Shown: one piece after another, positions 12,886 to 23,000 of the stretch
Layout: every line of letters starts with the position of its first letter
Position numbering within the stretch: the stretch's first letter is position 1
Assembly: GCA_035084275.1 (NCBI GenBank)
Contig: CM068750.1
Location: 13,578,001 to 13,642,000 of the forward strand
Origin: Hydrolagus colliei
Taxonomy: Eukaryota
DNA length: 64,000 bases
Direction of reading: 5' to 3'
Translations under genes and position numbers: made by a program
The notes under the pieces: generated by a model
What the model saw: the letters and a program-made list of their open reading frames with translations, nothing else
The model's database searches: none
Told to the model about the DNA's origin: nothing

Positions 12886-13759
12886 AACAAGCATGTCATT
12901 TAATCTAGTCATTCAGATGACATCTATAAATCACTCAAGATTTATTCTCTAAATTGATATCATTGAGCCTTTCAATTAAATTATAGCCTTAAAACTCACT
13001 GCACCTTATCTAAATTTAAATTACTTTCCACAGTGACTTTCTTTCCCAACCTTGCAAAGTATAGGCTGTAATTGTGTTTGATTCTTTGTGAATTTTACAC
13101 CCATATTTCAGGTTAATTGTATTGTTTGAAATAAATGAAGACAAAAAATAACGCAACTTGCTTTCTGAATTGCGTAACATACATTATTGGGGTGTTTGCC
13201 AAGTTACAGGCAACACCTGTAACTGGCCAAAGCTACGATAACAGACTCGTTCTGCTCTGGCCAGAATGAAAGCCCACACTAAGGATATTACCACGTGACT
13301 AGTAAACATCCAAAGATAGCTATAACACATTACACGTTTGTTGTACAGAACTGAAAATTCTGTCTTTGGATAGTCACTCCCCCATGTTAAGCTCCAGTCT
13401 TCCTCACCCGCAGATGCTTCAGATCCTGTTGCACCAACTACTGGGAGATGTGATTTGTACATTCTATAGAGGATCTTTACATGTCTCAGAGAGACACAAA
13501 TGCACTGTGTAATTGGATAGGCATGTTAAACTATGTGAAGAGATTAAAGTACATCCTCTCTCACACGCACACATACATACATATGGTAGTTTTTTTTTAT
13601 TCCACCAAGACACTGGGAGAAACTCCATTCTCTTTGCAAATAGTGCCATAGCACATCTCTCTACTTCAATTCATTGTGCTGCCCAGATTACTCAGTAAAA
13701 TAAACTTGTTTATGTGTGGCACCTCGCCACCACACCCCATCCACCCCCAAAAAAACCAC

Positions 13760-13797
13760 AAAACGCAAAATACTGCAGATGCTGGAAGTCTGAAGCA
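13760..13797 (-). repeat. Fragment of the Penelope-like short repeat (distal part only)
   Basis: CAAAATACTGCAGATGCTGGAAGTCTGAA is the reverse complement of the TTCAGATTTCCAGCATCTGTAGTATTTT segment at about 61631-61660. Confidence 0.6.
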
Positions 13798-14004
13798 AGT
13801 GATTTCATATGTTCATATAAAAGGCATTCACTGTTCATTTATTCATTGAGTCTATCCTTTACATCACATACTTAAAACTTCATCATGAATATTTGATATT
13901 TAGAACATTGTTGATTACAACAAAACTATGAGTCTCACAGTCAATAATTTGAGTCCACATAGTAATCACTTTATTTATTCCTTCGTTTTTGACTCCTGTA
14001 CTTT

Positions 14005-14645
14005 AAGCCATCTCAGTTGGTTGCACTCTTGCGTATGAATTAAAAGGTTTTGATTTCAAGCCCTATGTCAAAATTTAGAACTCTGCCTGGACTGACACTC
14101 CAGTGCAGTGCTGGGGAAGCACTTTATCAGAGATGTCATTCTTTGGATGAGATGTTAAACCACTGGTTCCCAATCTCAGGTCCTGACCCAAATGAGGAGT
14201 CCTCAGTAGGGTCGCGAAGGGTAACCAGAATTTCTTTTTGTGCTTTTTTTTAATGCTGAAAATGCTTTTTTAATACTAAAAAGTGCCGCGACCAATTTGT
14301 ATGAAAGACCGTATTAGCGAGTTGCGCTGAGTCCACAAAAGAGAAGGAGATATTGTCTTGGTTGAGCTCCGCTTCAGTAGCGTAGTAGCACCCTAAGGGT
14401 CGGGAAGACCTGTTGGTGGCCAATTTAGGGTCGCAGCAAACAAAGGTTGGACACCACTGTGTTAAACCAAGGTCCTGTACAGGTGGGTGTTAAAAATCCA
14501 ATGGCACAATTTTAAAAGACTTGGGAGCTTCTCAATTCCTCAAATAAAATTGACCTCTCACTTCACAGCTGTCATGCGATATTGTTGTGCACAAATTAGT
14601 TGCTGACAAAATACACAGTAACTATATTTTACATTGTCCTGTAAA
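14005..14645 (+). mobile_element. Deu-domain tRNA-SINE interrupted by a hAT MITE
   Basis: Head at 14005 (TCTCAGTTGGTTGCACTCTTGC); Deu core split at TGTTAAAC and resuming CAAGGTCC...CAGGTGGGTGTTAAAAATCC. Confidence 0.8.
14161..14459. mobile_element. hAT (Charlie-like) non-autonomous element
   Basis: TIRs CACTGGTTCCCAATCT and AGGTTGGACACCACTG; perfect 8-bp TSD TGTTAAAC (14153-14160 and 14460-14467). Confidence 0.85.
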
Positions 14646-15089
14646 AATATGAGTCCTGAGGTCTGGTTTATAAAACAATTCTATTTACTCCTGTCTCTTG
14701 TAACAAAAAGGAATGCCTGTCTCATCCTTTTTGACACTTAGTTTGTTGAAGGTTAGTTGGCAGTGTTCCTGGGGGAGGATTGTGTTGCCTGTTTAATAGT
14801 TTGAATTCAGGCTTTCTGGTTAATTTTGAGCAAGGTAAGGTTGCGGTGACTGATATTTCACAAGGTTCTGTATTCTCCTGAGACTTTCCTGCCCAAAGGC
14901 TGTAAAATTAATTTCAATAGGGGAGGAGGTGAAAAGCACTTCTGCGGGCTGCAGATAACTGTGAGGAAGGAAGGCAGGAACATTAATTGGTGGTGCAAAG
15001 TGGAAGAATGGAGAAAAAAAATGCGGGTATTGTAGCATAGAGATCTATACAAATGCTTGATATGCACGCATAGACTAGCCAAGCTCATG

Positions 15090-15255
15090 TAGACTGGATC
15101 ATGAACAGGTAGCCAGGACGACTGGTTGAGGCCAGGACACTGGAATCATTTAAAAATCAGCTTGCTATTGTGACAGGGTATGGTAAGATAGATGTTCTGG
15201 GAGGTTGAGGTCTCATGGGCCAAATGATCTTTTTCATCCAAACCAATCTTGAGAT
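15090..15255 (+). mobile_element. CR1-like LINE 3' end
   Basis: TGGTTGAGGCCAGGACACTGGAATCATTTAAAAATCAGCTTG...ATGGGCCAAATGATCTTTTTCATCCAAACC; the same family appears at about 5150-5215, 6950-7050, 28190-28385 and 53690-53865. Confidence 0.6.
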
Positions 15256-15257
15256 GT

Positions 15258-15368
15258 GCAACAAAAACAAAAATCGCTGGGAACAACCAGTAGGTCAGAC
15301 AGCATCTATGGAGAAAGGAAAAATGAGTCAACATTTCGAGTCCTCCATGACCTTCATCAGAACTGGGA
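15258..15368 (-). mobile_element. Penelope-like element terminal (pLTR-like) short repeat
   Basis: Minus strand AGTTCTGATGAAGGTCATGGAGGACTCGAAATGTTGACTC...TCTCCATAGATGCTGTCTGACCTACTG; homologous copy at 61527-61665. Confidence 0.7.
15326..15364 (-). ncRNA. Minimal type-I hammerhead ribozyme motif
   Basis: AGUU-CUGAUGA-A-GGUC(AUGGAG)GACUC-GAAA-UGUU-GACU: both conserved core boxes, stem II, and stem I (AGUU/GACU) are present. Confidence 0.65.
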
Positions 15369-15524
15369 TGTGTGACAGCCACTATCTTTAACTCCAACAG
15401 AAACAGCTGCATTTAGAAACCTGTTTAGCAGCATTAATTAATTGTCCCCATTCAAAAGTCCTGAGGTGATTTTAGGTTTGTTTTAAATGTGTAATAGGGC
15501 ACAATTGAATTGGCTTTATTATTG

Positions 15525-15910
15525 GTGTCAGCTTGGCTCAGTTGGTACAAACCTGGTATGGAACCTTTGATCTCACAGTCTAGGCTGATACTCCATTGCA
15601 ATACTGAGGATATGCTGTATTATTCTTTGGGTGAGATTTTAAACCGAAGCCCCATCTGCCTGCTTAGGTGGACATTAAAGATCCGAAAAAAAGAGAAGCA
15701 AATTTCTCCCAGTGCCCTGGCTGACAATTGTCCAAACAAAATTGAGTCATTCACTGCATGTAAGCTTGTTTTGAGACATGTATGTAAATTGTCTGCCACA
15801 TTCACCTACAAAATACACAGTCATAATACTTTACAGTGAGTCCTGTGAAGCACTTTGAGATGTCCTCCCGACGTGGAAGGTGCTATGCCAAATGCAATGA
15901 TTATTATTCT
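15525..15910 (+). mobile_element. Deu-domain tRNA-SINE
   Basis: TGTCAGCTTGGCTCAGTTGGTA head; GAGATTTTAAACCGAAGCCCCATCTGCCTGCTTAGGTGGACATTAAAGATCC; L2 tail GAGATGTCCTCCCGACGTGGAAGGTGCTAT. Confidence 0.85.
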
Positions 15911-15923
15911 GAAAAACATAGTA

Positions 15924-16231
15924 CAGTAGCCCCCGCTTTAGTGGGACAGCTCGGGAGACGATTAAATGTCCCATTTAAGCGAGGCTCCCGTTTAGGCGAT
16001 GCCAAGCAGCATGCGCATTATTCACCCAACACAAAGCTCAGTACGTGGGCACATGCATTCTACACACACCAGAATCATAACACAACACGAACAAACACGG
16101 GTAAAGTACATGCGGAAATCACGAAAGAATCAATAATGTTATTTTTTATTTTAAAAAAACCTTCTACTGTTATTCCTTCTTTAAAGCAATACAGCAATGT
16201 CCCTCCCTGTGGCTGTTTCTTCCCGCGCGCG

Positions 16232-16262
<31 letters not shown>

Positions 16263-16674
16263 ATGACACGAGGTTAACTTTCTGTTGTAGTGTGTGTATG
16301 CATGCTGACGTACAGTGTGTGTACCGCTAGCTAGCGCTGCTGGCAGAACGTACGTACAATCTTTGCACTACATGGATAGCCACTTTGCACACTGCAAAGT
16401 GTACATTGTACATTGTATGGCTGGCTGGCTATGCTGTTACATACTCCCTGCACATGTACGTATGGCCGGTAAGGTGTTACATGAAAGAAATATGTTATGG
16501 CAAGCGAGAATATCGGTGACTGAAAATCTGTGTTGACAAACAATGTCCCGTCAAAGCGATGTGCAGTCTCGCTTATCCGATGCAAATAACACGCATAAAA
16601 ACAGTCACACGCTGTATCGTCCCAATTAAGCGATGATCCCGCTTAAGCGGTTCCTGATTACGTGGTGGCACCTG
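15924..16674. mobile_element. Tigger/pogo-like non-autonomous DNA transposon
   Basis: TA|CAGTAGCCCCCGCTTTAGTGGGAC ... GTCCCAATTAAGCG...CCCGCTTAAGCGG...CACCTG|TA; repeated subterminal CCCGCTTAAGCG-type motifs; CpG-rich compared with flanks. Confidence 0.7.
16231..16262. repeat. (CT)n microsatellite
   Basis: Direct reading. Confidence 0.9.
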
Positions 16675-17194
16675 TATTTGTGTCGGATAGAGATGTTAAT
16701 GGGCAGTAATTTGGAGGAATCAGATTTGATGATGATTAAGGTTCATGAATAAAGTTAGAGGAGGTGATCTGAGGACTGTGTGATGTTTCTAAATTTATTA
16801 TGCCCTTAGTTATGCTCAAGCCTGCATTCCCCATTCTCTTTTCTCTGATTGTAAATGTGACACTAAAAGCTGCACAAAGCTGTTGTGGCAGATTGTGCAG
16901 TGGGAATAAATCATTTCCTAGGTGACCGGCTCCAAGTACGTTAGTGTCAAATTGGCTCTAGTTCAAGTGGAACTCATACCCCACAACGTGGAACCAAATG
17001 CATGGTAACGTGTGTGGACATCAGGACTTTGGGATTTGATATGCGGCTACTGAGAAACAGAATCAAACAGCACAGCGAGACCATAAACCTGGTTAGAAGA
17101 TTAACCATCCTCCTCCGATACTATATACTGAAATGGTGTTTATATTGGGATAAAAAAGGTCCCATTTTTCATTTTACTGCATTTCAATAATTTA

Positions 17195-17400
17195 TACAAA
17201 AATAAATTATATTTCTATAGCGCCTTTCACGACAGGAACACGTTTCCAAAGTGCTGGACAGTCAGGATGTGCACTCAAACTGAGGAATGGGATCAGCAGA
17301 GGTGGAAGGCAGGGAAGATGGAAATAGGAGGGTGACCAAAGGTGGGATTGAAGAAGAAGGTCTTGAGACAGGCCTTGAAGGAGGCAAGATAGGAACTAGG
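17195..17400 (-). mobile_element. Old L2 3' end
   Basis: TATAGCGCCTTTCACGAC...CCAAAGTGCT stem-loop and GAAGAAGGTCTTGAGACAGGCCTTGAAGGAGG. Confidence 0.7.
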
Positions 17401-17644
17401 AAGATATTGAAAATTGAACTACATGATTAGTTCCTTCTGAGAGACAACAAAGCAATTATTGGCCTCTAATTGGCCTCCCCAGTGATGTAATTTTTCTGTG
17501 ATTCTGTTGCCTGTTTGTGACTCTCAAGCACCTGTAGTGGATCACGCTTCAAATTACAGTATTGCTTTTTAATCCTCAACCCTTCACTGCATGTGTACTT
17601 CCATGTGTATTGAATCGCACAGTAAAAGTTACATTGTATTTGAA

Positions 17645-17890
17645 ATACAGAAACTATAGCAGAGCAGGAGGGAACACAGTCCATTGAGTCTACATACTCC
17701 TGTTGCTTCGCGAGTTCCTATCGACTCAAATCCCATTTTGCTTTCTCCCTCTCCTGAACTCTTATATTGTTTCACATCAGGTACATATCCAATTCCCTTT
17801 TAGATCTTCTGATGATCTTAGATCCACCTTGTGGGAAAGTATTCTAATATTCCTTTGTGTAATAAAAACCCCCTACAATTCTAAGCTTCT
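17645..17890 (-). mobile_element. CR1 LINE 3' fragment (degenerate)
   Basis: ACAGAAACTATAGCAGAGCAGGAGG...CCATTGAGTC...TATCCAATTCCCTTTT...TGTGTAATAAAAACC. Confidence 0.55.
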
Positions 17891-18099
17891 GCCCCCTGGC
17901 TCTTGAAACCTTTTGAGACCTATTAAACATGAACTTTCTGAAAACTCCAACACAGAAAATATGATAATAGTTATTGATTTAGGCCTAGGGAAGCAGTCAG
18001 ATTATTAATACTTCTGCAGTAAATCTTTTTGCCTTTATCAGTTGCATTGTGTGGGAGTTCTTGCATTACAGAACAAACTAGTTTCCATCACCAGGTTAT

Positions 18100-18325
18100 A
18101 AATTTACATTTATACATTACAATTGATATTGCATCTTTCACATCAGGAGGATGCCTCATTTCAAAATTTTACTATAAAAAGTGGCGACCGTGTACTTTGT
18201 GGCTGAACATAGCAGCCGATTTGACCACAGTAATATACCACAAACAGCCATGAAGCTAATGATCAATTTTATTTGGGGGATTGCTGGCCAGGACACCATG
18301 AGACATTCCCTTCCCTATTGAATAT
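18100..18325 (-). mobile_element. Deu-SINE 3' half
   Basis: CTTTCACATCAGGAGGATG, CACAAACAGCCATGAA, TTGCTGGCCAGGACACC. Confidence 0.65.
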
Positions 18326-19029
18326 AAAATTGTTTGGTGAAAATTGCTTAGTACATTATCCTCCACAATACACAGTTACTATCTACACTTAGTGATGTGC
18401 TACATCAAATGGAAGTATAATTATTTTACCTTTCAGTGCAGAGGGATAAACTATAAAAAGTGGTGTGCCAAAATTATCACTCAAGTGTAATAAATTGGCC
18501 AAAGACAAATTCATGAGGCCAATTAGTGGGCATATGTGTCATATTGAAGGACAAATAAAAATCACACAAAGTTTCTGCTTGATCTGATGGGTTCTACTGA
18601 AAAAAAAGTCGTCAACATTTTAAAGTGCTTCACATTGTGAATTCCTTGCATACAATTCAGCTATATGTTCAAGTCTGAAAGCAAACTAAAATGCTGGTGA
18701 AAAGATTCCCTTGTGGGCTCAATGATAGAACATTTGAAGCAGAAGAAAACAACACTATCTGACACTGTGAATATATTGGAGGAGATCCTCGCCATTCCTG
18801 CGCTAACTGATGCTGTGAATGAAAACTTGAAGCACAGCTGCCTGGTCAAAATGATGTGCCAGCACAGGCTTGTAGACAGATTCCCAAATCAATGCTGCTT
18901 CATTTCATCTATAGACTTCTTCCTCATTGTGCTATCTGGAATTGAAAAAAAGTCTTCTCAAATTGACTGGCAAGCCAGTAACTAGAGAGCATCAATTTAT
19001 TATTATTAATAACAATGCCTATATTTGAT

Positions 19030-19265
19030 GCAACAATAATCCTTGCATTCGGAATGGCATCTTTCACATCAGGAGGAAACCTCAAAGAGCTTGATAGGAT
19101 TTATTGTAAAGCATAGTGACTGTATATATTGTAGGCACAGTAGTGTGTGTTCAAACAGACATTAAGTGAATGACCAATTTTTTCTGGAGAATTGTTGGCC
19201 AGGACACCAGGAGAGTACTCCCTTCTCTTTAAGAGAAACAGCACTGTGGGATCTTTAACTTCTGT
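19030..19265 (-). mobile_element. Deu-SINE 3' half
   Basis: AATAATCCTTGCATT...TTGTTGGCCAGGACACCAGGAGA...GTGGGATCTTTAAC. Confidence 0.7.
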
Positions 19266-19367
19266 GTAAGTCATGGCACTGTTCACTTCAGTCTAGTGAA
19301 GTAGTTGGGCAAATTTAACACCATCACCAAAGAAAATCACTGAGGGAATTTGGAGAAAATTGCATAA

Positions 19368-20575
19368 AACAACAACAGCAAAATTATATACTTGTATAGC
19401 TCCTTTCATGTCAGGAGGACATCTCAAGGCGTTGGTCAGTCACTGTTTCAGACCCAAGCTGGGGACAGGTGGGGGAGGAAAGGAGAGGATTAGGAGTTGC
19501 CGATGGGACCATCGAAGAATCTCCTCCGGGACGTAAAGGAGGCCAGGGAGGGGTTGAAATGAAGAGACTGCGGGATGGAGTTCCAGAGGTTGGGGCCAGA
19601 GTGGCTCACCAATGGTGGGGCAGATGGGTCGGGGGACGTTAAGCAGGTCGGAGCCTAGTGAGTGAAGGGAGTGGACAGTTGGTAGGGATTTAGGAAGTCG
19701 CAGAAGTAGGGTGGGGCAAGGCCATGGAGGGCATTAAAGGTGAGGACCAGCATCTTTAATTGAATCCTCTGAAAGATGGGGAGCCAATGAAGTCAGGTGA
19801 GAATGGGGGAGATGGGGGTCACGGAGCTTGATGCTTGGGAAAGAACATGGGCTGCAGAGTTCAGGATGATCTGCAGCCTATGGAAGGAGGAGTTGGGAAG
19901 GCCGACAAGCAGGGTGTTGGCATAATCAAGCTGGAAGTGATGAAGGCATGAATGAGAGTTTCTGCGGCCTGAGGGGTATGATAGTGACGAAGTCAGGCAA
20001 TATTGAGGAGGCGAGGGAAGGCAGAGCAGGTCATGGCATGGATGTGTGGAGGGGGGGCAGTAAAGACAGATGAGGATCGAACAAGACCCCTTGGTTCTTG
20101 ACTGGCTTGGTGAGGTGGAATGTGTAACCGTGAAGGTTGATGTTGTCAGTACCTGAGGTGTGAAGGTGCTGCTGCGAGCCAATCAGGGGGGCCTTGGTCT
20201 TGTTGACATTTAACTGGAGAAAGTTAGCTGTCATCCAGGACTTGATATCTGACAGGCAGTCTGTCAGGACAGCAGTGGTCCTGGAATCGAGGGTAGAGGC
20301 ATAAAGATAGAGTTGGTGTCAACATATGGAAGTTGACCCCATGTCTGCAAATGATTTCACCAAGGGGGACCATGTTGATATTGAAAAGTAGAGGTCAAAG
20401 AACAGAGCCCTGGGGGATGCCATACGTGATAGTGTGGGAGCTGGAGGAGAGGCCGTTGACGGCGACGAAGTGGAAATGATGGGAGAGGTAAAAGTTGAAC
20501 CAGGCAAAGGCAGGTTCGTGCAGATTAAGCTGGAAGGAGAGGCTAAGTTTAGGAGGATGGAGTAGTTGACAGTGA
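19368..20575 (-). mobile_element. 5'-truncated, decayed L2 LINE including part of the RT domain
   Basis: Translations [33 protein letters not shown] and LDYANTLLVGLPNSSFHRLQIILNSAAHVL; (CAA)n tail at 19368. Confidence 0.9.
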
Positions 20576-20740
20576 AAGACCAAGGTCCATCTAGTTCGAC
20601 TCCCTCCTTCCTGGCGGTCACATACACATGTCCCGAACTACCTATGTAGTATATCCCATCATGTAACATCCCTCTTGAAAGCTACAATGGACTGACTCCA
20701 CTACCCTACTCGTCCGGACGTTCACTGCTTCAAAAGAAAT
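20575..20740 (-). mobile_element. CR1-like 3' end fragment
   Basis: AAAGACCAAGGTCCATCTAGTTCG...ATCCCTCTTGAAAGC...CCACTACCCT. Confidence 0.5.
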
Positions 20741-21709
20741 GGACCCAGCATCTCCTTACTGTCCCATAGAATTCTGTAATGTCAAAAATGTGACGTTTGC
20801 TGTGATTGTTTTTAAAAAAATGATTATATAGGAGTCTATGAAGCGCAATTTGAAAGGTTCTCTTTTCCCCTGCAATTCAGTTGACAGAGTATACAAGTTC
20901 AGTGCTGCATAAGGCATTGTTTCAAGTCCTGTAGATTAGAATGTCTCCTGAGGATAACTAACTTGGTATGTGATGAGGAACATTGTGGCAGGTTTTCAGT
21001 AATGAGAAGCGGATCTACACTCTGAGCGACTGAATCCGTTGCTAACTTGAAATATCACCCATGTGCAAAGAGCATGAAATAACTGAGCAAATTCTCAAAT
21101 AAATAGCAGACATTGTTTTATGTGGGAGGAGGGGAGGGGAGAGAAAAGATTGGAAATAAGGAAGGCAATGGTTTTGAACAATGTTAAACAGGAATCCATT
21201 ACTTCTTAATCCACAACAAAACATTAATAAGGGATCTTTCTGCAAATATGTTAGGAGAAATGCCCCACGTCATTCACTTTCTCCATCAACATGTCCCATT
21301 GATTCCATTTCTTTTCTATTCCTTCTCTAGATGATCCAATTGTTAACTGTACCTCACACTGCGCCCAGATGAGGAGTCATTGACTTTGCCCCTCATAAAC
21401 TTGGTGGATTATACCCTTCCAGTGTAACAATTGACCTTGTATATAGTTAACCTGGAATCTAACATTAATAAATTCATACTATTACCTTCATTAATATAAA
21501 GTGCCCCAATGTTATTAGTCTTTCGTTTTATGGAGCCTTTTAATTTCATATTTCCCTGTGGTATTTAAACATCGTTGTGTTTAGTTAATTGCTTCTCTCT
21601 TTACTTTCTTCTGAATTCATTATCATCATTTTTATTCATAGAAAAACCTTTTGACTCTTTCTACCTCTGCTACAGTCATCACTGTTACAGATGATCAATT
21701 TCCTTCCAT

Positions 21710-21950
21710 CTGATACATCGCCTTTTCTGTCGGGAAGTCACCTCAAAGCACATCATGTAATTTACTGTAAAGCGTAGTGACTGTATATTTTGTAGATGAA
21801 CACGGGAGCCAATTTGTGTACAGGAATGAGCCCTAAAAGACTAGGGGATTTTTGGCCAGGATAATGGAAGAAACCGCCCTTCTCTTTACCTGAAAAGACA
21901 GAGCTCAGTTTAATGTCTCATCTGAAATACAGCACCCCCAGCAAAGCTTG
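21710..21950 (-). mobile_element. Deu-SINE (degenerate)
   Basis: CCTCAAAGCAC, GCCAATTTGTG, TTGGCCAGGA, CTCAGTTTAATGTCTCATCTGAAATACAGCACC. Confidence 0.65.
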
Positions 21951-22779
21951 ATTGTAGCTGTCCCATAATCATAGTAGCATTATGAAGAATGCACAAGTAA
22001 TATATTCCTTATTCAGTTAAAAAAAATTCAGAATTCTTTAAACTCATTCCATTCCTCGTAGCAGATCTGTAAAGAGCTGTGGGTGTAACCCAAATATCTC
22101 GTAATAATTATTGAATGGGAGGGAAGCAATTTTTCATTACAATGGCTTTACACTCAGTACTTCACTGGGAATCTGCTTGACAGAGATTCTTTCAACAATT
22201 CAGAGTTGCTAAGATACTGGGCCTCAGTCTGTTCCCTTCTAATTAAGGCAATACTCTTCATTCCGCATTTACTCCTATTTTTGTCAAGATTTACAAATCA
22301 TCCTTTATAGGAGTTTCCACCCTGACCATTGATTTCAATTATTCAACAAGTTGAACTTCCAAGCGTTTCATTTCCCTGGAGGGGCCAATGTTTATTTTAT
22401 GTACAGAATTGCACATCTTATCAAATCGTGCAATCCATGCTGATGTGGCTTAAAATGATTCTTTATCAGGATGCAGTGCCAGGCTAATTCAGTTATGTTT
22501 TAACATCAAAGTCTCCGCTCTGTCTCCAATGCCAGTAAATCTTGTGGCTTTGTCTTGTTAATCAATACTATTGGGAGTCCAAAAAAATCCTTTGCTCTCC
22601 GCTGCCCGTATTCAAGAATAGAGTATTGGCAACAGTTAGAGGTGAAAAATGATGGAAGAGAATAGAAAGTCCAATCTGAATGTTAAGTACTGGAGATGGA
22701 GAGCAATCTGCTGTCTCTTTAGATTGTTCTAAGTAACATGAAAGCCACAATAGTCCTGTATTTAATATAGCACTTTATC

Positions 22780-23000
22780 GTGTGTCAGCCTGACTCAGTG
22801 GCAGCACTGTCACCTCAAGAGTCAGATGGATGTGAATGAAGTCAGAAGGAACCCTCTGCGTGCTTATATAGATATTGAAGATCAGCATGGAACTATTGAA
22901 AATGTTAAGGGAGTTCCTCCTGGTGTCTTTGGCCAATAATCCCCCAAATTCATTTCATGTCTGTTTGTGGAATATTGCTATGTGTAAAATCTGAGCTGTA
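22780..23000 (+). mobile_element. Deu-domain tRNA-SINE (internally deleted)
   Basis: GTGTCAGCCTGACTCAGTGGCAGCACT head; CCTGGTGTCTTTGGCCAATAATCCCC. Confidence 0.6.

Noticed and set aside
12195-12912. 234-aa and 132-aa ORFs, and antisense Gly/Arg-rich ORFs
   Set aside because: Frameshifted L2 fragment and its shadow frames.
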